Source: Klebsormidium nitens
Lineage: Eukaryota; Plantae; Klebsormidiophyceae
Assembly: GCA_000708835.1 (NCBI GenBank)
Contig: DF237114.1
Span: 1 to 64,000, forward strand
DNA: 64,000 nt
Reading direction: 5' to 3'
The notes under the pieces are model-generated. The model was not told the origin of the DNA and did no database searches. It saw nothing but the letters and a program-made list of their open reading frames with translations. Numbering within the stretch: position 1 is the stretch's first letter; each line of letters opens with the position of its first letter. Both the position numbers and the translations under genes were made by a program. Shown piece by piece: positions 24,163 through 35,094 of this stretch.

Positions 24163-25171
24163 ATGGAGCTGGAAGACTTGCCAAAACCCCCTGAGCGCTT
24201 CTACCAGCTAGGAGGGTATGACGTCCTCGAGGATTTCATAGAAGGGATAGGCGAGAACGAGCTTATGCTGGCAAGTCTTCTGGCCCTTTACAACGAGGAG
24301 TACTTGCAGCAGAGGCCTGTTCCCCAGACCAAGGGTTTCAAGAAGCTTGTCAAGCCTGAAGTGTGGGAAACAGAGAACCACAGGTTTTGGTGGCGCAGGC
24401 ATGCAGCATATCTTCTGGGCTGGCAGGGGAGAAGGCAAGAAGGAGAAGGGGATGGCTTCACTGAAGCTATCAACAAGCTGTTGAGAAAGTATTGGGTGAG
24501 TAACTTATGACTTGCCAATCCTTTCTAGGGTTTCTTGCTTGAGAAGCAAAGAAAATTAGTGTACAGGACTGCGGTTGCAGTCAGTGTACTTGGTTGGTCT
24601 ACATTTGGTTTTGAAGCGGGGACAATGTCAAGGGTTTCTCAGGATTCAGAATCCTCATCCTGGTTGACAACAGAAAAGTTGCTTGCCACACTAGATCAGC
24701 TGACAGCAAATGAACGGCATACATTCATGCAGCAGGTTGGGTTGGAGTTTATTCAAGTTCCTTACTGAACGCTGACAAGAAAGACAAGCAGCATTGCCAA
24801 CCGTTGTCAGACCTATACTTCTGTGAAATGTAAGCTAGCGCTGTCGGCTGATGGTTTTCGGCTGGCCGTGGTTGCAGCCTAAGAAGGAGGACAAGAAAGA
24901 AGATCGTGGGCAGGCTACCAAGGAAGAGGGTGCAGCTGAAGGGATTGCACCTACTGACGCACCAGTAGCAGGGGCGTCGCGTGCACTTGCTGTGGACGAC
25001 CGCGCCGCACAAGGGAACCCTAAGGTGTGTAGTTTGGCAAACTTTATCCCTGTTGGGATTATGAGAAGGGTATGCCACACAATCTCAAGAAACCCTCTTG
25101 GTATCCTTCTACAACATACAACCGGCTGCTTGCGCACATGTGTCTGGACCTTCAAGAACGGTGCGATGTGA
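24163..25171 (+). CDS. Transposon accessory protein, KolX / P2X7 C-terminal-domain-like (putative, spliced)
   Basis: ATG 24163 MELEDLPKPPERF...ENHRFWWRRHAAYLLGWQGRRQ...FTEAINKLLRKYW, donor GTGAGT at 24496, acceptor TTGCAG then exon 24878 PKKEDKK. The join gives LRKYW|P, matching the IRxx(F/W)P end of that domain family. The 3' end of the gene is uncertain. Confidence 0.55.
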
Positions 25172-25717
25172 TGAGTGTCTAAAAGGGTGCAAGGTGGTGA
25201 TTGTTTGTTGCGCTGCCCTTACGATGACTCATTCTTCTATTTCAGAAAACTCAAAGGGGGCCTGTAAGCCGAGTTGTGGTCAAACGCCGCAAGGTGAAGG
25301 CCGGTCGTGCGCGGATTGCTCGCTTGGAGGACGAAGAGGTGAGCCGGTTATGGATGATCACTTGAGGAGTTGGCGAGCTTTGCGAATCTCGATGCACTTC
25401 ATATAGCGTGCTGTAACAGCCAGGCCTAAGACCATTTCAAAAAACATGCTTTGATGTCCGATGCCTCTGGTTGGTACTGGCAGCTCTGTGCAACATCGCT
25501 GTCAAGGCTCCTGTCTTGAAGCTTCTCTTGCTTGTATGCTTGCAGGACAGCCCCTCTCCCTCTGTGAAACCAGCCTTCATTGCTTCGGATGCGGAGACCG
25601 AGCCCCCCTCCGAGGATGACAACAATGTGAACTCGCCCCGTGCTTGAGGTGGGTCCGTTTCTTTGATCGTGTCAAAGCATGGACATGTGGTATTGCAATT
25701 TAGGGGACAGAGATGGT

Positions 25718-26133
25718 GGTTGCTTTGCGTCCGCCAGACCTTTTGTTTTTTGGGGGGTGGGAATTTGGTTGCGTCGCGTCCACCAGACCTTTTGTTTTTT
25801 GGGGGGGTGGGGGGCAGGTTGTGATGCGTCCGGCAGAGATGAATCTTCCCGGGGGGGTGTTACAAACAAGTTGTGTCGCGCCTGCCAGACCTTTTGTTTT
25901 CTGGGGAATGGGGGCAGGTTGCGATGCATCCGCCAGAGATGTAGTTTGGATCCGGGGGGGTGTTGCGAACAGGTTGCGTCGCGTCTGCGGTACCTTTGTG
26001 CTCAGGGGGCGTGGGAGCAGGTTGAGGTGCGTCTGCAAGAACTTTTGTTTTCGGTGGGGTTGGGAGCAGCTTGCGGTGCGTCCGAGCGAGCTTTTGTTTT
26101 CTGGGGGGGTGGGAGCAGCTTGCGGTGCGTCAC
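25718..26133. repeat. G-rich tandem array, ~8.5 units of 48-55 bp
   Basis: Consensus approximately GGTTGCGTCGCGTCCGCCAGACCTTTTGTTTTTGGGGGGGTGGGGGCA. It lies immediately upstream of the transposase ATG at 26195. Confidence 0.9.
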
Positions 26134-26194
26134 ATTGAAACGTGTCATTCTGTTGTGGATTGTCCTGCCAGATCTGCTGTCTTTACAAACTAAT

Positions 26195-28762
26195 ATGGAG
26201 AGTCAGATGGAGTACGCTACTGTTTCATGCTTGTGTGGTTCAGTTGTGAGGGGCAGGTTATCGTCGCGCTTTGCCAGATTCCGATTTCGGGGGATATATT
26301 TCGTGACTCGTTTTACAGCAACATTGGAAAACTTTGCTACAGCCGGACAGTCTACAAGAATCTGTCTGCAATGCTCACAACTTCAGAATTCCGTTGTACA
26401 GGGAGACTTGCGTGTTGCGATGGCCACGCCGGAGGGGACATCCGGCGGCCTCTCGTTCGGAGCGGCGATGGCGGCGAGGAGGAGCGTGAAGAAGGCGGCG
26501 GACAAAAGACAAGTTGCTGCCGCGAGTCTCGCAAGTGTGGCCTCCGTCAGCGTTGCAAGTGGTTCAGCCCCTAGGTGTTGGAAGGGTCGTTTAGAGCCGT
26601 CGGGTAGCTCCCCGGTTCGCACTAGAGGGGAGGAACTTGTGCGTAAACCGGAAGCATACAGTCCAGGGATGCGCGTCGTAGGAGAGAGTCGGGGAACTGG
26701 GTCGGTCGGAACCGATAACCGGGTTGTAAAGCGAAGGCTGGTCTCCAAAACAATCGGCCCGCTGTATGCACGCCCAACTATCATAAGGCGGGCTCCCGCA
26801 TGTAGGCCACGTCCTCGTGCCGAGAATGATGCCCCTTCCATGCCCACAGGGAATCGGATTGTTAGCATGAAACTTATGGCTGACTTTCTAGAGACCACTT
26901 GCTCGAACTGTGAGTTTGGCGGGCGGCTGCGCCTAATAGGGGAGGATAAGAAGATGGGCTTGGCTAGCCGGTTGCTTTTTGAGTGCGCTTGCGGTAAGTC
27001 GTACTCTTTTGAGACGACCGAGGAAGTTGCAAGCGCGCCGGGGGTAAGGGGTCGAAAGGCAAGGGGCATCAACTATCAGGCTATAGTCGGCGCAATAGCC
27101 ACCGGTAGCGGGTTGAAGGGCTTGCAGAAATTGATGGGGTGCCTGAATGTGCCCTCGTCCGGACACGACGCATTTGATGCGGCAATGGAGAAAGTCATAG
27201 AGGCGATGGAAATCCTGTGCGATAGGTCTTTCAAAGAGGCCATCGATGAGGTCATCCGACGCCTTGAAGAAAACGGGGAAGTGCCGCTAAGGATAGTGAC
27301 GGAGCAAGGGAAAGAGGCGTCGTTGTTTTGGGCCATCGCGGCAACCTTTGACGGCGGTTGGCCGAAACGGGGCACGCGGTCGGGGGGGTATAACTCTCTC
27401 GGGGGGATGGCGGCGTTGATGAGCGCGCTAACGGGCAAGGTCCTGCAAGTGGAGGTGTTGAACACGCGGTGCGGGATCTGTGACCAAGCGGAGGACCTCA
27501 AGACGGAACCCCCCGATCACCGGTGCCACCGGAACTACGCTGACAGCGCGAAGTCGATGGAGCCGGAGGGAGGCGTGCGGATGCTCGAACGCATCACGAA
27601 ATTCGGGTGTGTTGTACGCGATCTCATCGGGGATGCCGACTCAAGCGTGATGGCCGCTGTAAGGGAGCGCTTGCCGCCATGGATTGCAAATGTGGTCGAG
27701 AAGGCGCTTGATATCGGCCATCTCAAAGGCAATCTATATGATAAGATGACGAAATTGAAAGCGTCACAATTTAAGAAGGATAGGAAGGCCTTCACGGATG
27801 GGCAAATACGAGCTGTAAGCTCGTATTTCGCCGCGGCAATTCTCAGTAACCGCGGCGACCGCGCAGCAGTCAAGCAAGCGCTGGAAAGCATAGTCCCCCA
27901 CCTCTTCAACGAGCACGATAAGTGCAAAAAGAAGAGGCACCCGGAGGATGAAGAGGGTTGGTGCAAAGCCGGTTTGGAGCCCGATCACGTTCCGAACCGG
28001 TTGAAAAATCACGGCGGCTAGTTCACCGGAGACAATTTCCGGAAAGCGTTGGAAGACCTCATTGGGCACTATGTGCAGCCGGCAATGCTCGATCAAATTT
28101 ATAAGGGTTACTCGAGCAATCAAAGCGAAAGCCTCCATAACACAGTGGGAGTATTCGCCCCAAAAAGGTTGCACTACTTGAGGTCGGGTTCGTATTATCT
28201 CCGGGTCCTAGCCGCGTGCTTGAGCAAAAACCATGGAGAGGGATGGGAGATAGCTCTTCTAGAGCAGCTAGGGGTCAATAGTGTTGCCGAGCTTGGGTCG
28301 CCGGGCGAGTTGATTTTTAAAAAGTTGAAGAGAAATAATAGGAAGCAAGTGGAGCGGAAGATGCTCGTGCCCGTAAAAAGGCGCCGGCTGCAGTTGAAGC
28401 AAGCGCGGCATAAGAGAAACTGGCACGAAGAGCAGAAGGACGGGGGGCCGCATGCCATGTACGGCTCGGGGATGCACGAGCTTCCACCGAGCATGCCCGA
28501 GCGGACCGCGCCGCAGGCGGCGGTGCCAGAGACGCCCGAGCCGGAGGCAGTGGCGGGGCCAGGGGCGATGAGCCGCGCATGTGCTGTCGCGACGAGCGCA
28601 TCCGCGTTGGGGCAAGTTGTCCAAGTTACGTCGGCGGCCGAATACGAGGGCCACTACATTGACCATCCCGTTGTCAAAAAGCGCACTTTAACTAGGTACA
28701 TTTCGGGGTCCCGAACTTTCCGCTGGCTGGGGCTGGCACCGTCCGATGAGTGCCACGTATAG
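26195..28762 (+). pseudogene. DDE transposase (Kolobok / 'Mutator-like transposase' type) with in-frame premature stop
   Basis: Motifs C..C...GLASRLLFECACG, INYQA....ATGSG, TFDGGWPKRG...YNS.GG....TGKVL..EVLN.RC.IC....H.C.RNY..S...ME.EG, LIGDADS, HLFNEH.KC...WC and NQSESLHN....FAPKR. TAG at 28019-28021 is followed in the same frame by FTGDNFRKALEDL and ORF 28049-28762. Confidence 0.9.
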
Positions 28763-28942
28763 GGACCGAGTCCAAGTCTGTCAGAATTGCACTTGTACAC
28801 TGCGGCAGTACTTTCTCCGTCGAGTGTACTCGGAAAATTCAAGGTTACAAGAATTCACCGTCGGCAGGTTTATCCTAGCTGGCGGTACTAGCCGAAGGCT
28901 ACCGCGCGGGCCGTACCGGGCATTATTTACAGCCTACTCAAT

Positions 28943-29733
28943 NNNNNNNNNNNNNNNNNNNNNNNNNNNNNNNNNNNNNNNNNNNNNNNNNNNNNNNNNN
29001 NNNNNNNNNNNNNNNNNNNNNNNNNNNNNNNNNNNNNNNNNNNNNNNNNNNNNNNNNNNNNNNNNNNNNNNNNNNNNNNNNNNNNNNNNNNNNNNNNNNN
29101 NNNNNNNNNNNNNNNNNNNNNNNNNNNNNNNNNNNNNNNNNNNNNNNNNNNNNNNNNNNNNNNNNNNNNNNNNNNNNNNNNNNNNNNNNNNNNNNNNNNN
29201 NNNNNNNNNNNNNNNNNNNNNNNNNNNNNNNNNNNNNNNNNNNNNNNNNNNNNNNNNNNNNNNNNNNNNNNNNNNNNNNNNNNNNNNNNNNNNNNNNNNN
29301 NNNNNNNNNNNNNNNNNNNNNNNNNNNNNNNNNNNNNNNNNNNNNNNNNNNNNNNNNNNNNNNNNNNNNNNNNNNNNNNNNNNNNNNNNNNNNNNNNNNN
29401 NNNNNNNNNNNNNNNNNNNNNNNNNNNNNNNNNNNNNNNNNNNNNNNNNNNNNNNNNNNNNNNNNNNNNNNNNNNNNNNNNNNNNNNNNNNNNNNNNNNN
29501 NNNNNNNNNNNNNNNNNNNNNNNNNNNNNNNNNNNNNNNNNNNNNNNNNNNNNNNNNNNNNNNNNNNNNNNNNNNNNNNNNNNNNNNNNNNNNNNNNNNN
29601 NNNNNNNNNNNNNNNNNNNNNNNNNNNNNNNNNNNNNNNNNNNNNNNNNNNNNNNNNNNNNNNNNNNNNNNNNNNNNNNNNNNNNNNNNNNNNNNNNNNN
29701 NNNNNNNNNNNNNNNNNNNNNNNNNNNNNNNNN
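28943..29733. other. Assembly gap (791 N)
   Basis: Run of N inside the transposon. Confidence 1.
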
Positions 29734-30163
29734 GGGCATTCGGCCAGTGTTGACAGCTGGGGACGAATCGGGTGAGTCGGAAGGGGAGTCCGACAGCGAA
29801 GAGGAGTTGGAAACGGTGTTGGGGAGAGAGGGTTTCGAAGTGCCGGCGCCAGGGTACGACACCTCGTCGGAGTCGGACGACGAGGAAGACCGTGTTGGTT
29901 TCGAGGAGAACGCGATAGTCGAAGATGCCTCCGATGGGGAAAAGGAGGACACGTCGGAAAGTGAGGAAGATGATTCGGCGAAGCGCGTCGAATTGCCGGC
30001 CATCGTCGGCTTTCGGCAACGCCGGCCAAGTCGGAAGGCATTGGAGTCCGCTTCAATAAGCGAACTTCCGGTGGCAAAGAGGACAAAGCGGGAGGTTAGC
30101 CGAGACATATTCGACGTAACATGGGCTGTGCAGAGAGGACGGTCGAAAAGAAAGCAGGCATAG
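29734..30163 (+). CDS. Acidic low-complexity C-terminal coding fragment with basic NLS-like end; 5' part lost in the gap
   Basis: Open frame GDESGESEGESDSEEELE...SESDDEED...KRTKRE...RGRSKRKQA*, on the same strand as the transposase; probably its tail or a third element ORF. Confidence 0.5.
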
Positions 30164-31106
30164 CTGTAAAGGGAGTGTCCGGAGACTTTGCAGCATGTTC
30201 GGCATAAAATAACGGGCCTCCGGATTCAAAATCGCGAACATTTGAAGAAGCTAAGCATGACGTATTGAGTAATGAGCAATGAAATGTCATACGAAGTGCT
30301 TTGCTCTTCCAATGCCTCGAAGTAGAAGTACATCATGGTATATCTTCATGGAATAATGCAGTGGCGCTGCCTAGACGCCTGAGGCATGCATTTCGCGCCT
30401 TTTGGCGAGTGTACGATGCTCAAATTGCATGTCACAACACCCTAGATTACATAATTGTTGCTTGGAAGTCATACATGAAACTTTTCATTGGTTATATGAC
30501 GTTGAAGAAGGATTTCCATGTCATATTCGACAGGTGCTGCAGTTCTGCGCCAGTTTTTGCTGTTCAGGGCCTATTTTCTTTGGATTTTTGTGGACTTTTT
30601 TTGACACGATAGAATGCTTTCAACCAAGGGGGTTTATGCATGGGGGGAAGCTGGGATGCTAAAATGATTTTGTGCATTATTTTTGAACGGAGATGTGCAC
30701 CGCTAGCACTACCTTTTCTTATCACCAGCAGCAGACTGGCGCAGTTTGCTGCTGGCACAAGAGAAAGCAAGGCTGGCGGTGCACATCTCCGTTAAACTCG
30801 GGATTTGAGCACGCAGGCGGGATCCCAGCTTCCCCCCATTGGTCGATACTGGTGTTACACGTCATTCTGTCGTGAGAATTTGCGCCTAGCCATATGGTCA
30901 AAGTAGGGGGGCCAAAAGGCAAAAATGGTACTGTATGCACTATTGCCAGACCTTACTGGCTGGGCTTAGGGTGGCCGAGGAGTGGTTTGGGGGGGCCCCT
31001 AGACCCCCCCTGAAGGATGCAAAAGACTCGACTCAATTTGAGTCGGTTATGACCAAGTTACGCCATGGGAACCCCTGTTCCGAGCTGGAATTACCGTCCT
31101 ACCACC

Positions 31107-31500
31107 GAACAGGCCTCTGCTGCAAGTACTCCTCGTTGAAAAGGGCCAAAAGACTTGCCAGCATAAGCTCGTTCTCGCCTATCCCTTCTATGAAATCCTC
31201 GAGGACGTCATACCCTCCTAGCTGGTAGAAGCGCTCAGGGGGTTTTGGCAAGTCTTCCAGCTCCATTATGAATCTTTCTTGGAAAGGCTGGCAGTGTGAG
31301 GGCAAAAAGGACAGGAAACTAGCGGCGGCAGAACGATGATCTTCTTTGTAGACTGCGTGGTAATGAATGGGAGTCAGACCTTTACCAAACACCGCCAATT
31401 CCCCGACTCTCCGTCGGGGCAGGGCAAATGTGCGGTATTTTCGATTCGATACCGCCGCGAGCTTTCGAACCGCCGAGGCTGGAAATACCGTCCTACCACC
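31107..31500 (-). repeat. 394-bp inverted copy of the element's left end (23929-24323)
   Basis: The reverse complement matches 23933-24323 with only three substitutions noticed by eye. It includes the first ~53 codons of the accessory ORF, and TTAA follows at 31501. Confidence 0.95.
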
Positions 31501-31569
31501 TTAAGTCAAAAATGAGTTCAATTTCTTCAACTTCAAATTCAATTCTCTTCAAGTTCAAGATGGCGGCAT

Positions 31570-31577
31570 TAGGGTTT
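31570..31577. promoter_or_regulatory. Telo-box-like motif upstream of DUF1223 gene
   Basis: TAGGGTTT (reverse complement AAACCCTA) ~410 bp upstream of the ATG and 70 bp from the transposon end. A single short motif could be chance. Confidence 0.35.
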
Positions 31578-31987
31578 GCTTCATTTGCTGGATCCTAAGC
31601 CCTATTAAATTTGTAGGGGACTTCTTTTGTGCAGGTCGTCAGGAAGCTGCAGAGCTGCATCTTTTCCAAGTTTCCTTTGCAGTCTTTTGATCTGGCGCCT
31701 TCGTGGTTCAAAGCGACAGCACTATGTAATGGACATTTATGCGGAAAGCTGCTGAGGACACTTTGAAGCATTGTTGAAGGCTCCCAGTACATCCAGATTG
31801 AAGCTTGGTTTTGGAAAAAGAGCATTTTGTAAAATTCGAAAAGCGGCTTGCCAGCGAAACCCGAGTCACATGGGAGCAGAAAGAGCTTCAGAGAATCTGG
31901 ACCTGAGATACCATCTGTCCAGTATACAATGTTTCATGCGCGAGCAAAATAAGCAAATCACATTCCTTGTCAAGGCGGGAAGTAGAT

Positions 31988-34900
31988 ATGGGGGCATGCT
32001 TCAGTAAAGGTTCGAGGAATGTTTCTGAAAAGAGGTCAGAGCTACACAAAGAGCCGGACGGGCCTGGTAGCCTTGCGGCACGAATTGCAAACGGTGAATT
32101 TGAGAAGATGAGTCAGGCAACATTGAGCCTGGCAAACGGCAGAGTGGGGATGGAGCTGAACGCACAAGTGTCAGACGCGCAGATGCCGCTTATCCTGGAG
32201 CTCTTCACTTCTCAGGTTGGTTCAAGTGCTCATGCCTCCTCGCATTAAGTACCTTCAGCAGTTCAAGTAAAGTGCTAGAGACAGGACATTGAGCAGATTT
32301 CCGCAAAGTGTCACTTGTCTTGTGATTAATTCGTAGCTCATCCGATGAGACAGTTGTGATCAGTGCCTTCTAAGCAACTGAAATGTTGAGCTTTGTGAGC
32401 ACGATTTATGCAATGCCGAGCTTGGAGCTTGACGGACTGGTAGAAGAATCCTCTACTGACTGATGGCAAGTGGTGTGAAGGCAAGTGGTGGTGGCTATTG
32501 ATTACGGGTTTGAGCGGTAGCTACTGGAATGTTTCTTATCAGTATACATTTAGGCGTGTTTGAAGAAAAGGTCCATGACAGGTGACACATATCTTGTTGA
32601 GCCATCATCGATTACTTTGCCTGGCAGCCACAGACGGTGCCTTGCTCTGAAACCTTGCGTTTACAATCCAACGTCAGGGATCTGGGTTCCTTCTTTTACA
32701 TGATAAGGAAGGACTGCAGTGACCCTTTTCTACAAATAATGCAAGCGCGTATTGTGTGGAAGGTAGGACGTTCCCCGATCAATTTTGTTCAGGGTGCTTT
32801 CCTGTTTGAGCCGTGATCCTTTTTTATGTCCTTCAAGATTCCTGGTTTTCTCTAGTAAGCCTGTCGTGTCTGAGACCTGAGTTTGTGTTGCATCTTGATA
32901 TGAATCTTTCTGCAGAGGCTTTGTGAAAGAGCACTGATTGGCTGGAAGGCAGAGCAGATGCATGTCATGCGCGCTTGTCTAACTCGCTTGTCTAACTCGC
33001 TTCTTGTCATCCCCGTGTCTCTTTCAATGCCAGCAAGAGCATAGAATCTGCTCTTTCACCGATTATAAAGTTTTTACCCTCTCACCCGACTGATCTGAGA
33101 AACCCACACCATCTGCAGGGTTGTTCTTCGTGCCCCCCCGCCGACGACCTCCTGAAGCATGTCGCAAAGCAGGGGGCCATCAGCGGGATTCCAGTGATCC
33201 CCCTGGTGTACCATGTGGACTACTGGGACCACCTCGGTTGGACGGACCCCTTTGGACGGAAGGAGTGGACGCAACGGCAGAGGACGTACGCAGAGAAACT
33301 AGGGGAGGGAAAGAAGGTGTACACACCGCAGCTGGTGATCCAGGTGAGCGGAAGGAAGATTGAATGTAAGCTCGGGGTTAAGCGCTCAATCAGTTTGCTT
33401 GACAGTCTACTGTCCCCATGTCTTTTGGATTGAGATGGGCTTCAGAGTAGTCCACCTGTGATTGGTTTCTTAAGCCACACTGCCAGTACTATTTTTCTTA
33501 AAAGCCGAGTTTCAGGTTGACACCTTGAACTCTGAGTCAAAGTTTGGGCCTGCCCGCTGTTGTGCTCTGCATGCTTCCAAGAATCTAGCAGGAGCATCAG
33601 GGTCGGCGTTTGCAGCTTTGCGGCATCGCAGTCATGATTGTAGAACAACAGATATCTTGTAGTAACAACCTTCCAAACCAAATGACCGTCAGTTTGCCGA
33701 GCGTCTGCTTTTGACTGACTCGAAATTGCATTCTGGATGCTGCAGGGATCTGTCGGCGAAGTGGGCTCCAAGAAAGATGCCATCGTCCGAAATGTGTCAC
33801 AAGCGGCCCGGTACCCCCCTTTCACGGCCAAGGTGAGCAGACAACGAGGTGTACTAAGTATGCGGAGTTGACGGTCTACGCAGAAATGGGGCCAGAGGCG
33901 ACAGAACGAAGACTTCACATAACCGTTGTTCAAACGTGGTGATGCTGTTGGGGTGGAAAATCGCCTCCAGGAATGAAGTCGAGCATCCCAGAGTTCCTTT
34001 TTCCTCGCCTGTTAAAGACAGCGCGGGGTTGTATCCAGAGAACACGGAGAAGCGGTGCGTTAAGATGGTGGAGCGCGGTTTTGGAACTAGCTGTGCACTA
34101 AAGCACGTCCTTTTTGTGAAGACTGACCGCGTTTCCTGGTGGGATTGTCCTGTTGGGGATCGTCCTCTTTCTGCACGTCCTCTAGTTTGCCACGAAGGCA
34201 GGATTTGGTCATACTCCTTCCTTTTGGATAACTCTTATACGGTTTGGTCCTCCTTGATCCGTTTCTCCTCTCCTCTCTAGAATCGAAACCAAGTTCGATC
34301 GGCACAACGTGAAACGGTTCGCTCTTTCCGCTTCCGGGTGTTTGTATCATTTTCTCAAACCCTTCTCGTCCCTTTTATCGGACTTAAGTCCAATTTACAC
34401 GACCCGGAAACGTTTTTCAATCCTTTTCAGATTACTCGGATTGCGATAATTCTGTTTCGCATTAGCCAGGCTTTTCAATTACACCAAGTCTTACGACAAC
34501 TCCGTCTTAACCGAGCGTTGTTGTCAAGCTTCTCACCTCAGAGATCAACCAGACCTTTCATTTCATATTGCACCAACTCAGGTTGACGACTACGTGTGGT
34601 CATGTCTCCGCCGCACGTCCCCCAAAAACGAGGTCGGGAGTATCCAACAAGGAGTACTACATGTCTATCCGTTTGTTCCCTTTTCTGACGCTTCATTCGC
34701 TCCTGTAACCTCCCTCCAGATCGAGGTAGAGCTTGACCTACACAGCCTGGAGCTCGAGGTCGACCTGACGATGCAACCGCTGCCTGCGGCCTACGCTTCG
34801 CTGACGTCATCCGCTGACGTCATGGTAGCCCTGTACGAGGACGGGCTGCGGACGGACGTGCGGTCGGGGGAGAACTCCGGGCGGTCCCTGGAGAGCGTGC

Positions 34901-35094
34901 ACGTGGTGCGGTCTCTGGAACGAGCCTTCTCGGTACCAACCGGCGAATCGAACCGGGAGGAAAAGAGAGGGAAAGTGCGGATGAAGCTGGCCGGGGGGAA
35001 GTGGAACCGGTGTGGGCTGGTGGTCTTTCTGCAAGATGGAGACACGTGGCGCGTTTTTGGAGGCACGCAGATACAGCTGTCGGACGACCTGTGA
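31988..35094 (+). CDS. DUF1223 thioredoxin-fold protein (304 aa)
   Basis: Exons 31988-32215, 33119-33343, 33746-33832 and 34720-35094, all phase 0 and GT-AG. Motifs LELFTSQGCSSCPPAD, YHVDYWDHLGWTDPF..EWT.RQR.Y, YTPQLVIQG, VMVALYEDGL...V.SGEN.GR.L....VVR.L, CGLVVFLQ. Confidence 0.92.

Larger units (their letters stand above)
23929..31500 (+). mobile_element. Kolobok-like DDE DNA transposon (defective, rearranged right end)
   Basis: Contains a DDE transposase, an accessory ORF and terminal repeats: G(C)T(C)GTAGGACGGTATTTGCAGCCTCGG at 23929 (+), and GGTGGTAGGACGGTA reading inward from 31106 and from 31500 (-). TTAA follows the outer end at 31501-31504. TTAA targets and RR termini are Kolobok hallmarks (established knowledge); the assignment itself is inference. 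Confidence 0.72.

Noticed and set aside
25644-25660. TTGA|GGTGGGTCCG as an alternative left end of the Kolobok-like element
   Set aside because: Only 5 bp match the TIR and the flank is not TTAA; the 23929 site matches 13/15 bases plus further sequence.
25718-26133. CRISPR-like repeat-spacer appearance
   Set aside because: The units are homologous along their whole length with no unique spacers, there are no cas genes, and the context is eukaryotic.
25679-26194. First 172 aa of the 780-aa ORF
   Set aside because: This is read-through of the G-rich tandem array from a non-ATG start; the transposase more plausibly starts at ATG 26195 or later.
28746-30108. Long ORFs (335-393 aa) spanning 28.9-30.1 kb
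   Set aside because: They are artefacts of translating through the 791-N gap.
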